Assembly (NCBI GenBank): GCA_964016885.1
Contig: OZ024759.1
Coordinates: 10,788,001-10,852,000 of the forward strand
Source: Eledone cirrhosa
Lineage: Eukaryota
Length of the DNA: 64,000 bases
Reading direction: 5' to 3'
Shown in pieces: positions 10,641 to 24,473 of the stretch (positions are counted from its first letter, which is position 1; each line of letters begins with the position of its first letter). Position numbers and translations under genes: made by a program. The notes beneath the pieces were generated by a model. The model was given only the letters and a program-made list of their open reading frames with translations. It had not been told where the DNA came from and ran no database searches.

Positions 10641-13287
10641 GGTGGTGGGCATTTCAAGGTGATGTGAAGGCCTTCAACATTACTGGTGGTGGACATTTCA
10701 AGGTGATGTGAAGGCCTTTAACATTACCTGGTGGTGGGCATTTCAAGGTGATGTGAAGGCCTTCAACATTACCTGGTGGTGGACATTTCAAGGTGATGTG
10801 AAGGCCTTCAACATTACCTGGTGGTGGACATTTCAAGGTGATGTGAAGGCCTTCAACATTACCTGGTGGTGGACATTTCAAGGTGATGTGAAGGCCTTCA
10901 ACATTACCTGGTGGTGGACATTTCAAGGTGATGTGAAGGCCTTCAACATTACCTGGTGGTGGACATTTCAAGGTGATGTGAAGGCCTTCAACATTACTGG
11001 TGGTGGACATTTCAAGGTGATGTGAAGGCCTTCAACATTACCTGGTGGTGGACATTTCAAGGTGATGTGAAGGCCTTCAACATTACTGGTGGTGGACATT
11101 TCAAGGTGATGTGAAGGCCTTCAACATTACCTGGTGGTGGACATTTCAAGGTGATGTGAAGGCCTTCAACATTACCTGGTGGTGGACATTTCAAGGTGAT
11201 GTGAAGGCCTTCAACATTACCTGGTGGTGGACATTTCAAGGTGATGTGAAGGCCTTCAACATTACCTGGTGGTGGACATTTCAAGGTGATGTGAAGGCCT
11301 TCAACATTACCTGGTGGTGGACATTTCAAGGTGATGTGAAGGCCTTCAACATTACTGGTGGTGGACATTTCAAGGTGATGTGAAGGCCTTCAACATTACC
11401 TGGTGGTGGACATTTCAAGGTGATGTGAAGGCCTTCAACATTACTGGTGGTGGACATTTCAAGGTGATGTGAAGGCCTTCAACATTACCTGGTTGTAGAC
11501 ATTTCAAGGTGATGTGAAGGCCTTCAACATTACCTGGTGGTGGACATTTCAAGGTGATGTGAAGGCCTTCAACATTACCTGGTGGTGGACATTTCAAGGT
11601 GATGTGAAGGCTTTCAACATTACCTGGTTGTGGACATTTCAAGGTGATGTGAAGGCCTTCAACACTACCTGGTGGTGGACATTTCAAGGTGATGTGAAGG
11701 CCTTCAACATTACCTGGTGGTGGACATTTCAAGGTGATGTGAAGGCCTTCAACATTACCTGGTTGTGGACATTTCAAGGTGATGTGAAGGCCTTCAACAT
11801 TACCTGGTGGTGGACATTTCAAGGTGATGTGAAGGCCTTCAACATTACCTGGTTGTGGACATTTCAAGGTGATGTGAAGGCCTTCAACACTACCTGGTGG
11901 TGGACATTTCAAGGTGATGTGAAGGCCTTCAACATTACTGGTGGTGGACATTTCAAGGTGATGTGAAGGCCTTCAACATTACCTGGTTGTGGACATTTCA
12001 AGGTGATGTGAAGGCCTTCAACATTACCTGGTGGTGGACATTTCAAGGTGATGTGAAGGCTTTCAACATTACCTGGTTGTGGACATTTCAAGGTGATGTG
12101 AAGGCCTTCAACATTACCTGGTGGTGGACATTTCAAGGTGATGTGAAGGCCTTCAACATTACCTGGTGGTGGACATTTCAAGGTGATGTGAAGGCTTTCA
12201 ACATTACCTGGTTGTGGACATTTCAAGGTGATGTGAAGGCCTTCAACATTACCTGGTGGTGGACATTTCAAGGTGATGTGAAGGCCTTCAACATTACCTG
12301 GTGGTGGACATTTCAAGGTGATGTGAAGGCTTTCAACATTACCTGGTTGTGGACATTTCAAGGTGATGTGAAGGCCTTCAACACTACCTGGTGGTGGACA
12401 TTTCAAGGTGATGTGAAGGCCTTCAACATTACCTGGTGGTGGACATTTCAAGGTGATGTGAAGGCCTTCAACATTACCTGGTTGTGGACATTTCAAGGTG
12501 ATGTGAAGGCCTTCAACATTACCTGGTTGTAGACATTTCAAGGTGATGTGAAGGCCTTCAACATTACCTGGTTGTGGACATTTCAAGGTGATGTGAAGGC
12601 CTTCAACACTACCTGGTGGTGGACATTTCAAGGTGATGTGAAGGCCTTCAACATTACTGGTGGTGGACATTTCAAGGTGATGTGAAGGCCTTCAACATTA
12701 CCTGGTTGTGGACATTTCAAGGTGATGTGAAGGCCTTCAACATTACCTGGTGGTGGACATTTCAAGGTGATGTGAAGGCTTTCAACATTACCTGGTTGTG
12801 GACATTTCAAGGTGATGTGAAGGCCTTCAACATTACCTGGTGGTGGACATTTCAAGGTGATGTGAAGGCCTTCAACATTACCTGGTTGTGGACATTTCAA
12901 GGTGATGTGAAGGCCTTCAACATTACCTGGTGGTGGACATTTCAAGGTGATGTGAAGGCCTTCAACATTACCTGGTTGTGGACATTTCAAGGTGATGTGA
13001 AGGCCTTCAACACTACCTGGTGGTGGACATTTCAAGGTGATGTGAAGGCCTTCAACATTACTGGTGGTGGACATTTCAAGGTGATGTGAAGGCCTTCAAC
13101 ATTACCTGGTTGTGGACATTTCAAGGTGATGTGAAGGCCTTCAACATTACCTGGTTGTGGACATTTCAAGGTGATGTGAAGGCCTTCAACATTACCTGGT
13201 TGTAGACATTTCAAGGTGATGTGAAGGCCTTCAACATTACCTGGTTGTAGACATTTCAAGGTGATGTGAAGGCCTTCAATATCACCT
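10641..13287. repeat. Minisatellite, 45-bp unit (44-bp variants), about 59 copies, internally palindromic
   Basis: Unit ggtggtggacatttcaaggtgatgtgaaggccttcaacattacct. Confidence 0.97.
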
Positions 13288-13447
13288 GTAACATATAAAG
13301 GAGCAACAGTGAGTTGTGTATGCTGGAGGAAGTTTGTCACCCAATGTACTCCCTAGTACAGGAGGACCTGAGTCTAGATCTATGAAACTAAATAAGGACC
13401 ATGCCTTGAGACACACGTCATTATATATGTAGAGCAACATGTGTAAC

Positions 13448-14041
13448 ATAACCAGATTGACCCTCTAATGGACCACACTATAACCAGATTGACCCTCTAA
13501 TGGACCACACTATAACCAGATTGACCCTCTAATGGACCACACTATAACCAGATTGACCCTCTAATGGACCACACTATAACCAGATTGACCCTCTAATAGA
13601 CCACACTATAACCAGATTGACCCTCTAATGGACCACACTATAACCAGATTGACCCTCTAATGGACCACACTATAACCAGATTGACCCTCTAATGGACCAC
13701 ACTATAACCAGATTGACCCTCTAATAGACCACACTATAACCAGATTGACCCTCTAATGGACCACACTATAACCAGATTGACCCTCTAATGGACCACACTA
13801 TAACCAGATTGACCCTCTAATGGACCACACTATAACCAGATTGACCCTCTAATGGACCACACTATAACCAGATTGACCCTCTAATAGACCACACTATAAC
13901 CAGATTGACCCTCTAATAGACCACACTATAACCAGATTGACCCTCTAATGGACCACACTATAACCAGATTGACCCTCTAATAGACCACACTATAACCAGA
14001 TTGACCCTCTAATGGACCACACTATAACCAGATTGGTCCTC
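13448..14041. repeat. Minisatellite, 32-bp unit, about 18 copies
   Basis: Unit ataaccagattgaccctctaatggaccacact. Confidence 0.97.
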
Positions 14042-14269
14042 TCTTGATCAGCAGTCTTCATCCGTTTTTATACCACGGACCGGTTTCATGCCAGGCAATC
14101 TTTCCGCAGACTGGTAGTTGTACATCATCATCATTAGACGGGAATTGTCCCCACTTAAGGCAAGATTGAACGGGCGTCCGTGTCTTGCTCGTGTAGGACT
14201 GTATCTGTCAGGTTTTTTACGGCTGGATGCCCTTCCTAACACCAACCAGATTTAAGTGCATTTTGATAA

Positions 14270-14945
14270 AGAGAGCAATTTATTAAAGGGAAGAAAAAGT
14301 GTATAATCTTTTGACAAGGAGTATTTAGAATAATAAAATATAATTTAGAAATATATCAGATGTAAGAATGGTATTTAACTAATGTATTGGTATGCGATGG
14401 GGCCCACCCACAGCCCTGGCGGACAGAATGGAGAAGGCGTTTCCCCGGAGGACGGCAAGGGAGACGCACTGGAAAAGCCACTCCAACTCGCGGGGCTCAC
14501 ACCTGCGGTTGTCCAGCTCAGCGCCTATGGTGGTGAGTAAGGAGGTAGCCCTGGGGCCGAGGACACCAGAAGTCTCCACTGCCAGGGGAATGATTGCAAA
14601 CCTGTCGGAGAGCGACCGGTATTTGAGGAGTTTGGCCCCCTCAGCCCGACGTGCAGCAGAACCTGGGTCAGTTGCAGACTGCACCAGGTTGCGGCTGCAG
14701 AAAGTGTCGGTGAAAGTGGCATCCCGACGAGGGGTTTGCCACCGCGGGACGGGAAGATGGTCATGCCATCTGGCCTTTTGCCGTCCCCTCCATCCAGCCC
14801 CACCGGCTCGAGCTGGGAAGGGAAGCCTGCAGTGTCCAAGCCATGGTTAATGACCTCGTTGAGGGCAGCATGGCGTGGAATGCGGCCGGTACTGTGGCGA
14901 CAGGAAAGCGGGTGGAGGCCAAAAGAGTCCGCAGCGACATTGGTG
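14270..14945 (-). mobile_element. 5'-truncated CRE-clade non-LTR retrotransposon (restriction-like endonuclease end), frameshifted
   Basis: HPLSCRHSTGRIPRHAALNEVI...EPVGL...KRPDGMT...AEGAKLLKY...PLAVETSG...SLAVLRGNA; GC-rich; AATAAA on minus near 14280. Confidence 0.8.
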
Positions 14946-15294
14946 TAAATCTTATCTATTATATTTAAACAAGTTAATTAATTCTTTGCGGCCTGGTAGC
15001 TATTGATCCACAAACCGGTCCACAGTTTGGGGGACCTCAGCTCTGATGGGCCACAATAGATCATAAACTAACAATCTATCACAAATATCTGAACCTTTGA
15101 GTCCACAAATCTAACTGCATTCTCCCAACCTTTAACTAACAAAATGGTGGCATTATACAGACAAATACTTTGATCCATAGAATTCAACAGCAGAGACATG
15201 CCTAGTAATTTAAAGATATTAGCATTTTTTCCAACACACTCACGTGTATGTGTATGTGCATATGCATACATTTATATGTATGAGTATATAACTA

Positions 15295-15835
15295 TAAAAA
15301 GTGCAGGGCGATAAAAGTAGACGGTAGCCACGGAGTAGGCAGACCCAGAAAAACCTGGGACGACCTGATAAATTCCGACCTCACACACTTATATCTCTCC
15401 AAGACAATGTCACTGGACCGAGATCTTTGGTGCTACACAGTTATACAGAAGACCTGCCTTGCCTAAGTCCAAAGCGAAACCTACAGTCAGTAGGCACCTC
15501 TTAACCAAAATACACTCCTGTCCCACTACCCCCACCCCCTGAAATGTGAAGTTATGTTGGTACCACAACATCCAGTCCGAAACAAATGAAGTCGTGTAGG
15601 TGTCACAACAAAAAAACACACAGTCCACGCTGTAATGTGGCTGTGTAGGTAACACGGTAAAAACCTCCCAGTCCACACTGTAAATGTGGTTGGTGTTAGG
15701 AAGGGCATCCAGCCGTAGAAAACCCGCCAGACAGTCCTATACGAGCAAGACAATCAATCTTGCCTTAAGTGGGAAAATTCCCATCCAAACCCATGCTAGC
15801 GTGGAAGATGGACGTTAAACGATGATGATGATGAA
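15295..15835 (+). mobile_element. RTE-clade LINE 3' fragment
   Basis: GRPRKTWDDLINSDL...DRDLW followed by a 3'UTR ending ggacgttaaac(gat)n; sister copy at 60062-60640. Confidence 0.8.
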
Positions 15836-16299
15836 TTGTGCAAACAGACACACTTACAAAAATACACTCAGAGACATATATTCACACAAACACACACATA
15901 CATTTGCACAAACACTCTCACAAACACACACACATACACATTGTGTGACAGACGAAAGTCGCTCAAATTTATTTCGAGATATTATGGAAGATGATATATT
16001 TGGAGCTATTAATGATCTGGATTGTAACTCAACCATGAATTTCAGATATTCATACATCAGTATCAAAACATCTGTTGTAATATTTGATGACAGATAATTC
16101 ATCTTCCATCTTTCTAGCCGGTGTCACTTATAGTCCAAAATATTAAGATACTTTAATAAGTACCCTTGTATGATCTTGGTTTCATTATATATTTGCTCAG
16201 ACAAGTTGGAGTCTCATGCATTACTGAGTGCAGTTTATCATGGCACCATTACTAAGGAAGTTGTCATGTCTTCAACACAACTGATGGGCCTTCCTGAGG

Positions 16300-16690
16300 C
16301 TTTTTTTTATAGTTGGATGCCTTTTCTATCACCAACCTGTGTACTGGGTTTTTATTGTTTAAATCACCAGCACTAGGGAAGTTATGCCTTTGAAGCAACT
16401 GGAGTCCTTCTAACCCATTTTTTTCTAAAGAGTTTTCTACAGTTGGATGCCTTTTCTATCGCCAACCTGTGTACTGGGTTTTTATTGTTTAAATAACCAG
16501 CACTAGGGAAGTTATGCCTTTGAAGCAACTGGAGTCCTTCTAACCCTTTTTTTTTAAGGAGTTTTCTACAGTTGGATGCCTTTTCTATCGCTAACCAGTG
16601 TACTGGGTTTTTATTGTTTAAATAACCAGCACTAGGGGAGTTATGCCAACCAGTTTACTGAGCGTACTGGGTGTTTGCGTGAATCACCAA
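16300..16690. repeat. About 130-bp tandem triplication of a retroelement tail fragment
   Basis: agttggatgccttttctatc...ccagcactagggaagttatgcc occurs three times. Confidence 0.8.
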
Positions 16691-17309
16691 CACCAGAGAC
16701 ACATGCCCTTGAAGGGTCATCCTGATCCTTTGTTTGGCAGGTTTTATGAATCGTCTTAGGATTTCGTAATATAAAGGACCATAAATACATAATTGTCTGG
16801 ACAATCAGATAAAGAAGCTTATGAAGATAAAAGTGGACAAATGAGTTATCCACTCTCTTCCTACTCCAGGGCTACTTTACCTGATTTTCTCAACAATTTA
16901 TAGTGATTAACTATTATTCTAGTCATTTACAGTGGGATGCACACAATTCAAATATATCCATATATATATGTACACACACACATCATCATCATCATTTTAC
17001 ATCCGCTTTTCTCTGCTCGCAAGGGTGGGACGGGTCCTATTCAGCACAGCATCTCTCCACTTGTCACAGTCCTTTGTCGTCTCCACCGTGTCCTATTTCA
17101 TATATATATATATATATATACACACACTCACACATATATAAATATTTCTGAAAGGAAATCCCATTCAACCTCCAGTGGCCATCTTCATTTTTATTTCTTT
17201 TATGACAGGCTGCATGAATTTAAGTACCTGTTTATATCAGTTATAACTAATACCAAACTCGTCCAATGGACTGAGTGCTCTTACTATTGGATATTTCTAC
17301 CAAATTTTT

Positions 17310-17363
<54 letters not shown>

Positions 17364-17566
17364 TATTATGTGAGTAACTTGTGGTTACTAATGGCGACGC
17401 TGGTTGAAGTACTTGATGTTGTTAGTGGGTCTGTCTCTTGTTGAGTTGTGCTCCAGGTTTAAGGCGGCTGTAGTTCAGAGTGTATATATAAAGTGACAAT
17501 AAGAATTGCAGCTTTTTGTAAACTTTATTTCATATTACAATTGGATGGGATTACCCATGTAAACTC

Positions 17567-17652
17567 TCATATCTGAAGAATTGTCGATTAAAAGTTGGGA
17601 TCTGATCACATGATCAAACCCGAGCTGATTGCTAGAAACAATTGTAATATGA
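17567..17652 (+). ncRNA. Type I hammerhead ribozyme motif within a 61-bp inverted repeat (17483-17543/17639-17699)
   Basis: tcatat CTGAAGA [long stem II] GAAA CAATTG TA atatga. Confidence 0.7.
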
Positions 17653-17716
17653 AATAAAGTTTACAAAAAGCTGCAATTCTTATTGTCACTTTATATATAT
17701 ATATATATATATATAT

Positions 17717-17890
17717 AAGTAAAATTCTGTTATAACAAATACCATTATAACAAATTTTTCAGTATAACAAAATTCTTTCAATCCCCAGCCAAACGCTCGA
17801 TGTGTTAGGACGATCTCATTATAAAGAATTTTTCGTTACAACAAATTTTTTTTATACCCCGTGAATTTCATTATAACAGAATTTCATTGT
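17717..17890. mobile_element. Tc1/pogo-like MITE
   Basis: TIR-like ends agtaaaattctgttataac / ttataacagaatttcattg, TA flanks, internal ttataac repeats. Confidence 0.6.
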
Positions 17891-18265
17891 ATATAAATAT
17901 ATATATGTATATATATTTCTGCATACACACACACACATATACATATCCATGGCGTAAATTGGTTGGTGATCAGAAGGGCATCTAGCCTGAAAACTCCTGC
18001 CAAAAATTTCAAACTTGGGTAGGAATGGTGAGAGAAAATATGAAACCACTGAACCTCACATACATAACCTCAGATTTAAAAGAAAAGTGGGTTATTGGGA
18101 CATTCAAGCCCTTATCAAGGGCATTAGCAGCAACATGAAGTGAAATGGCCTCAACTGGGATTTAAAACCGGCTTGCAGACTCGGTTTACCAGGAGTCTAA
18201 TCATAAAGATACCGCATTTGTCTGAAAAAAAAAGAAAAAGAAACAGACAAATTAAATTAAATTAA

Positions 18266-19543
18266 CCCTTTTGATAGCAAAGCACCTGAAATTATACCTG
18301 CTTCTAAGATACAAAACTGTTTATTTTGATAACAAACCACCCAAAATAATTCCTGGTTCTAGGATATAAAATTGTTTATTTTCATACCAAACCATATGAA
18401 ACTAACCCTGGTTCTGGGATACAAAACTGTTTCTTTTAATACCAAACCATGTGAAACTAACCCTGGTTCTGGGATACAAAACTGTTTATTTTAATACCAA
18501 ACCATGTGAAACTAACCCTGGTTCTGGGATACAAAACTGTTTATTTTAATACCAAACCATGTGAAACTAACCCTGGTTCTGGGATACAAAACTGTTTATT
18601 TTAATACCAAACCATGTGAAACTAACCCTGGTTCTGGGATACAAAACTGTTTATTTTTATTACAAACCACCCAAAAATTATACCTGGTTCTAGGATACAA
18701 AACTGTTTTAAAGTGTTTATCTTTATCTAAAACCTTCCATCATAATTTTATGTAAAACCTTTATGTCCCAAACACTTTTGGTACCAAACCACCTAAAGCT
18801 ATCCCTGGTTCTGTGATACAAAACTGTTTGGAACTGAAATAGAAGCTTCAAACACCAGAGTAATAATGTGAAAGGTTGTTATTGAGCTAAATCCCTGCAA
18901 ATTCTTGATTATTTCAAAATCATAAACAGAGGAACTGAGAGGTAGAGCCCAAGCAAGATGGTTGGATAACATCCATGAGCTTGGCTGGTCATGCTTGGGG
19001 ATCCAGCTGGATAAATTGGAGATGGTTGCTTCTGACAGGATCCGCTGGAGGGAGTATTTGAGGACTCTGCCCCCATGACCCTCTCAGGAATAAATGGGCG
19101 AAGAAGAAGATACACAGTGATTTTCATGTGAAATAAGGAAACAAAGGGGTTAAAGTGTTTGTATTTATCTAAAAATCTTCCATCATAATTATAAGAACTT
19201 TTGTTAAGTTAAGTTCTAAACACCAACTTAATAACAAGAAAATTAATCATTATTGATTATTTTCAAAACACTGCCCTGAAGTCTGTCACGCTCTCTTCCA
19301 TAGCTAATAGTCCTTGCTTTTTCCCTCCTTTTCCTTTCATTTCTAGTATTTCTAGTCCTTTCCTTTGCTATACAGCCAGATCTGCCCTTCTTTACCCCTT
19401 CCCACTCTTAGTCATTACTTAATTTTGTCTTTAATATTTCCATTGTTGCATAACTTGTAAAATATAGTTAACACATGTTTATACTTTTCAAAATGATTTG
19501 AAAATCATAGACAGTGTCTTTTATTAGAAATATAGTAAAAGGG
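18266..19543. mobile_element. piggyBac-like MITE-B composite with an internal 55-bp tandem repeat (about 18300-18700) and nested inserts
   Basis: TTAA|CCCTTTT ... AAAAGGG|TTAA; ataccaa recurs at 55-bp spacing from 18384 to 18604. Confidence 0.62.
18935..19110 (+). mobile_element. RTE LINE (Expander/Rex3-like) extreme 3' end
   Basis: RGRAQARWLDNIHELGWSCLGIQLDKLEMVASDRIRWREYLRTLPP followed by a (GAA)n tail. Confidence 0.72.
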
Positions 19544-19547
19544 TTAA

Positions 19548-19768
19548 CCCTTTAGCATTTGAACTGGCCACAATTCTCTCACCTCTTTCTGTTCAAACTG
19601 GCTGCTCATACTGATGTTAAGGTATTGTTCTCAAAATAAATAATATTTTTGATATTATTTATTTTGATAGATTCAATTTATTATTCTCATAGATTCAATA
19701 TTATGTGAGATAAAGCCTTTACCGTGAAAATACAATAGTATATATAGAGTAATGTAAATTCAAAAGGG
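19548..19768. mobile_element. piggyBac-like MITE-A, compact copy
   Basis: TTAA|CCCTTTAG...AAAAGGG|TTAA. Confidence 0.75.
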
Positions 19769-20635
19769 TTAAACAACATTCCTTTTTTTAGCTGTTGTGC
19801 ACAACTTCCACAATGTTCTACAACTCGATTGCAACAGTTAACCATGATCACACAGATCATATATTACAATGTTTTAAATGATCTTCTTTACCTCCAAAGT
19901 TTCATGTCTAATTCTCTCAATCTGATTCCATCTTCTTCTACAATGAAGTTATGAATGTAATACTGGTTTCTAATTTAAGCACAAGGCCAGCAAATTTGAA
20001 AAGGGGAAAGTCAAAGTCAATTATATCAACCTGTGTATATCACTGGTACTTTATTTTATTGACTCCGAAAAGATGAAAGGTAAAATTGACCTCAGAACGT
20101 GAAGAACCAGAAGAAATAGTGCTATAATGTATTGTCCTAAAACTCCTCAGGAAGTCGTAGGGGCACCATATTGACATGCAAAATGTCTAGAGCATTTTTT
20201 AAAACTTGGCAGACTCCATCTCCTCTCCAGGTCTGAATACAGTAGATTTCTTCCAGAGAAGGATAAATAGTGAGAAAGAAATATAGAGGAAGAATTGACC
20301 TCGATAGGATTTGAACTCCGAGCAAAGAGTTGAAGTGAATACAGCAAAGCATTCTAGCTGATATTCTAATGACTACCAATTCACCATCTTCTACTGCTCT
20401 AATAATTGTTTCTATTTTTAGGCACAAGGCCAGCAATTACCCAGTACATTACTGGTACTTTATTTTATCGACCCCCGTAAGGATGAAAGGCAAAGTTAAC
20501 CTCGGCGGGATTTGAACTCAGATCATAAAGGGACGTAACTCTATGCTTCAAAGCATGGTGTCCGACTCTCTACCGATACTGCCAATTCTAATTGAGGCAA
20601 AATTAACCTCCAGTACTTAACTGGTTATTTATATA

Positions 20636-21812
20636 TGTAAAGTTGTCGTGTAGGTGTTGTGAAAAAAAGCACCCAGTCCACACTGTAAAGTGGTCGTGTA
20701 GGAGTCACAACAAAAAGTACCCAGTCCACACTGTAAAGTGGTCGTGTAGGAGTCACAACAAAAAGTACCCAGTCCACACTGTAAAGTGGTCATGTTAGAG
20801 TCACAATAAAAAATACCCAGTCCACACTGTAAAGTAGTCATGTAGGTGTCATGACAAAAAGTACCCAGTCCATACTGTAAAGTAGTCATGTAGGTGTCAT
20901 GACAAAAAGTACCCAGTTCATATTGTAAAGTGGTCATGTAGGAGTCACGACAAAAAGTACCTAATTCATACTGTAAAGTGGTCATGTAGCAGACACGACA
21001 AAAAGTACCCAGTCCATATTGTAAAGTGGTCATGTAGGTGTCATGACAAAAAGTACCCAGTCCATACTGTAAAGTGGTCATGTAGTAGACACGACAAAAA
21101 GCACCCAGTCCACACTGTAAAGTGGTCATGTAGAAGTCACAACAAAAAGTACCGTCCACAGTGTAATTTGGTCATGTGGGTGTCACAACAAAAAGTACCC
21201 AGTCCACTGTAAAGTAGTCATGTAAGAGTCATGACAAAAAGCACCCAGTCCACACTGTAAAGTGGTCATGTAGTAGACACGACAAAAAGCACCCAGTCCA
21301 CACTGTAAAGTGGTCATGTAGAAGTCACAACAAAAAGTACCGTCCACAGTGTAATTTGGTCATGTGGGTGTCACAACAAAAAGTACCCAGTCCACTGTAA
21401 AGTAGTCATGTAAGAGTCATGACAAAAAGCACCCAGTCCACACTGTAAAGTGGTCATGTAGTAGACACGACAAAAAGTACCCAGTCCACACTGTAAAGTG
21501 GTCATGTAGGTGTCACAATAAAAAGTACCCAGTCCACACTGTAAAGTGGTCATGTAGGTGTCACAATAAAAAGTACCCAGTCCTCACTGTAAAGTGGTCA
21601 TGTAGGTGTCAATAAAAAGTACCCAGTCCTCACTGTAAAGTGGTCATGTAGATATCATGGCAAAAAGCACCCAGTACTCACTGTAAATGAAGTTGGCGTT
21701 AGGAAGGGCATCCAGCTGTCGAAATCATACCAAAAACAGTTCTATATGTACAAGACATGGTCACCTGACCTAGCATTGCCCACAACAGGACAACCCGTCT
21801 AACCCATGCTAG
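20636..21812 (+). repeat. Minisatellite, 48-bp unit, about 21 copies, within an RTE 3'UTR and followed by the RTE tail
   Basis: Unit caaaaagtacccagtccacactgtaaagtggtcatgtaggtgtcacga; runs into aggaagggcatccagc...aacccatgctag. Confidence 0.9.
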
Positions 21813-22905
21813 GTGCTGTGTTGGACCTTTGTCAATTCCAATGATGAGTTTTCCAGTTGATTCAACCAATGGAACAATCTACTTGTGAAAATTAACCTGC
21901 AACTGGCTGAGTATTCCACAGACATGTGTACCCCATAACATAGTTCTCAAGGAGAATCTGCGTGACAAAGCTGGGCCCTATGAATTACAAGTATGACTCA
22001 TTTTTGCCGGCTGAGTGGACTTGAACAACACAAATTAAAGTGTCTTGTTCAAGGAGACAACACACCACCTAGAATCAAACTTAGGACCTTATGGTTGTTA
22101 GCCAAACACTAGCCATTATGGTGATATATATATTTCCCCCTCGAAATTAACGCAATAAAAAGATTACCATCATCATCCTCAACAATAGATCTTCATGTAG
22201 GTCTGTCACTCATTACATTGCATAAATTCTGAACATCTATACCACAGTCTCTGGTTATGACATCTGGAGAGGAGGAGAGCTTATGACATCTTTGGCTTTT
22301 AACAGATGTTGGTTTCCAAAGCAGTAAAGGAGAAACAGCTTATAAGACCATTATTCAACTTAGTACACTATACTTGAAAGAAAGTAGAGTTTAAACTGGC
22401 CAGAATTCTCTCACCTCTTTCTGTTCCAACTGGCTGCTCATACTGATGTCAAGGTATTGTTCTCAAAATAAATGATATCAAAACATCATAGATTTGATAT
22501 TATGTGAGGTAAAGCCTTTTACTGAGAAAATATAATAGTAAATATAGAATAATTGTTTCTACTTTTGGCACAAGGCCAGCAATTACCCCAGTGTATTACT
22601 GGTACTTTATTTTATCGTCCCAGTAAGGAGGAAAAGCGAAGTTAACCTCGGCGGGATCTGTCAAAACCCACCTTAGTAAATGTAGAATAATGTCAATGTT
22701 AAAGGGTTAAACTATTTAGATGGCGAAACAATTTAAACTTGACCAAAGGGGTCATATTTCTATTAATAGTAATCATCATCATCAACATCATTTAACATCT
22801 GCTTTCCCTGCTAGCAAGGATTGGACAGGTTGACATAGACCAAATCAGGACTGAAGCGGGACCACTGACATCCCAGGGGAGAGGGGTCTGTATCCCACTT
22901 ACGTC

Positions 22906-23425
22906 ATCATTATCGAGTGCAAAGGTGAAATTGTGTCTTTTGGCAAGCTTTCTGTGGTTGGACGCCGTTCCTAACCCCAACCACTTTACAGCGTGAACTG
23001 GACTCTTTTATCTACATACCCAGCCCACATTGTAAAGTGGTCGTGTATGAGACAGCAAAAAGCACCCAGCACATAGTAAACATGGTTGGCATTAGGAAGG
23101 GCAAGCCATCATTATCGAGTGCAAAGGTGATGTTGTGTCTTTTGGCAAGCTTTCTGTGGTTGGACGCCGTTCCTAACCCCAACCACTTTACAGCGTGGAC
23201 TGGATGCTTTTATCTACATACCCAGCCCACATTGTAAAGTGGTCGTGTATGAGACAGCAAAAAGCACCCAGCACATAGTAAACATGGTTGGCATTAGGAA
23301 GGGCATCTAGCCGCAGATGAGCGAGACAGTCACCTGACCCAACTTGCCTCTAATGGGACAAATCCGTCTAACCCATGCTAGCGTGGAAGATGGATGTTAA
23401 ATGATGATGATGATGATGATGATCA
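22906..23425. repeat. About 200-bp direct duplication of a head-to-head chimera of RTE-tail fragments
   Basis: catcattatcgagtgcaaaggtga...ggcattaggaagggca occurs twice. Confidence 0.8.
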
Positions 23426-23815
23426 TATAAATAAAATGTATTTCTGAGGAAACAATGAGACGAATCTGTAATATCGTGACTAATAATTGTTTCTACTTGT
23501 GACACAAGGCCAGCAATTACCCCAGTGCATTACTGGTACTTTATTTTATCGACCCCGTAAGGATGAAAGGCAAAGTTAACCTCGGCAGGATTTGAACTCA
23601 GACCACAAAGGGCTGAAACTCTATGCTTCAAAGTATGGCATCTGACACTCTACTGATACTGCCAATCAATTGCCCTATGGTGAATAATAATATGGAGTTA
23701 TATAACTACTATTGATTAGTCACTATATCGATTTATCATGATCAATCAATCTTTGGAAATAATCGTAAAATAATGAATTGATTAAGCACTAAAGTTCTTT
23801 TGTTTTCACTGTTCA

Positions 23816-23872
<57 letters not shown>

Positions 23873-24406
23873 TTGAGGGGACTAACATAAGGTTTCCCTG
23901 CTAGTACCAGTTGCATCTCAGCGTACTCAATAGGTAAGGTCATGTAAAAATCCCAGAGTAGACACAAAGTTATTTGCTTCAATACAACACACGTACATGG
24001 GTACCATACATCTATACCCGTACTAGAGTTTCAACCACACTTAATGCAGCAAGAGAGTGCACAGCATCTTCTGTCTGCATTTATTATGCAACAATGCACA
24101 ATTGGCGCATGTGGCTTCATCTGCGGGTCTCACCTAATATATAACTAATCGTTTAGAATGCATAATTGTTTCTACTTTTGGCACAAGGCCAGCAATTACC
24201 CAGTACATTACTGGTACTTCATTTTATCGACCCCGTAAGGATGAAAGGCAAAGTTAACCTCGGCGAGATTTGAACTCATCGGCGGGTTTAGAATGCATAA
24301 TGGAATCCAATATGATGAAGGTCTACTAGAAAACAAGAATTCTCATCACCTGATCGGGATTACATGGAATTTTTATATTATTGGCCCTACCAGAGACTGG
24401 TAGATA

Positions 24407-24440
<34 letters not shown>

Positions 24441-24473
24441 GTCTTATGTATTTGTCCGTCACACACTAGAGAT

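Noticed and set aside
10641-13287. CRISPR array (palindromic repeats)
   Set aside because: Units are head-to-tail with no unique spacers, there are no cas genes, and the context is eukaryotic
24312-24333. Additional hammerheads (also 55020-55075)
   Set aside because: Core mutated or elements in the wrong order, with no convincing stems
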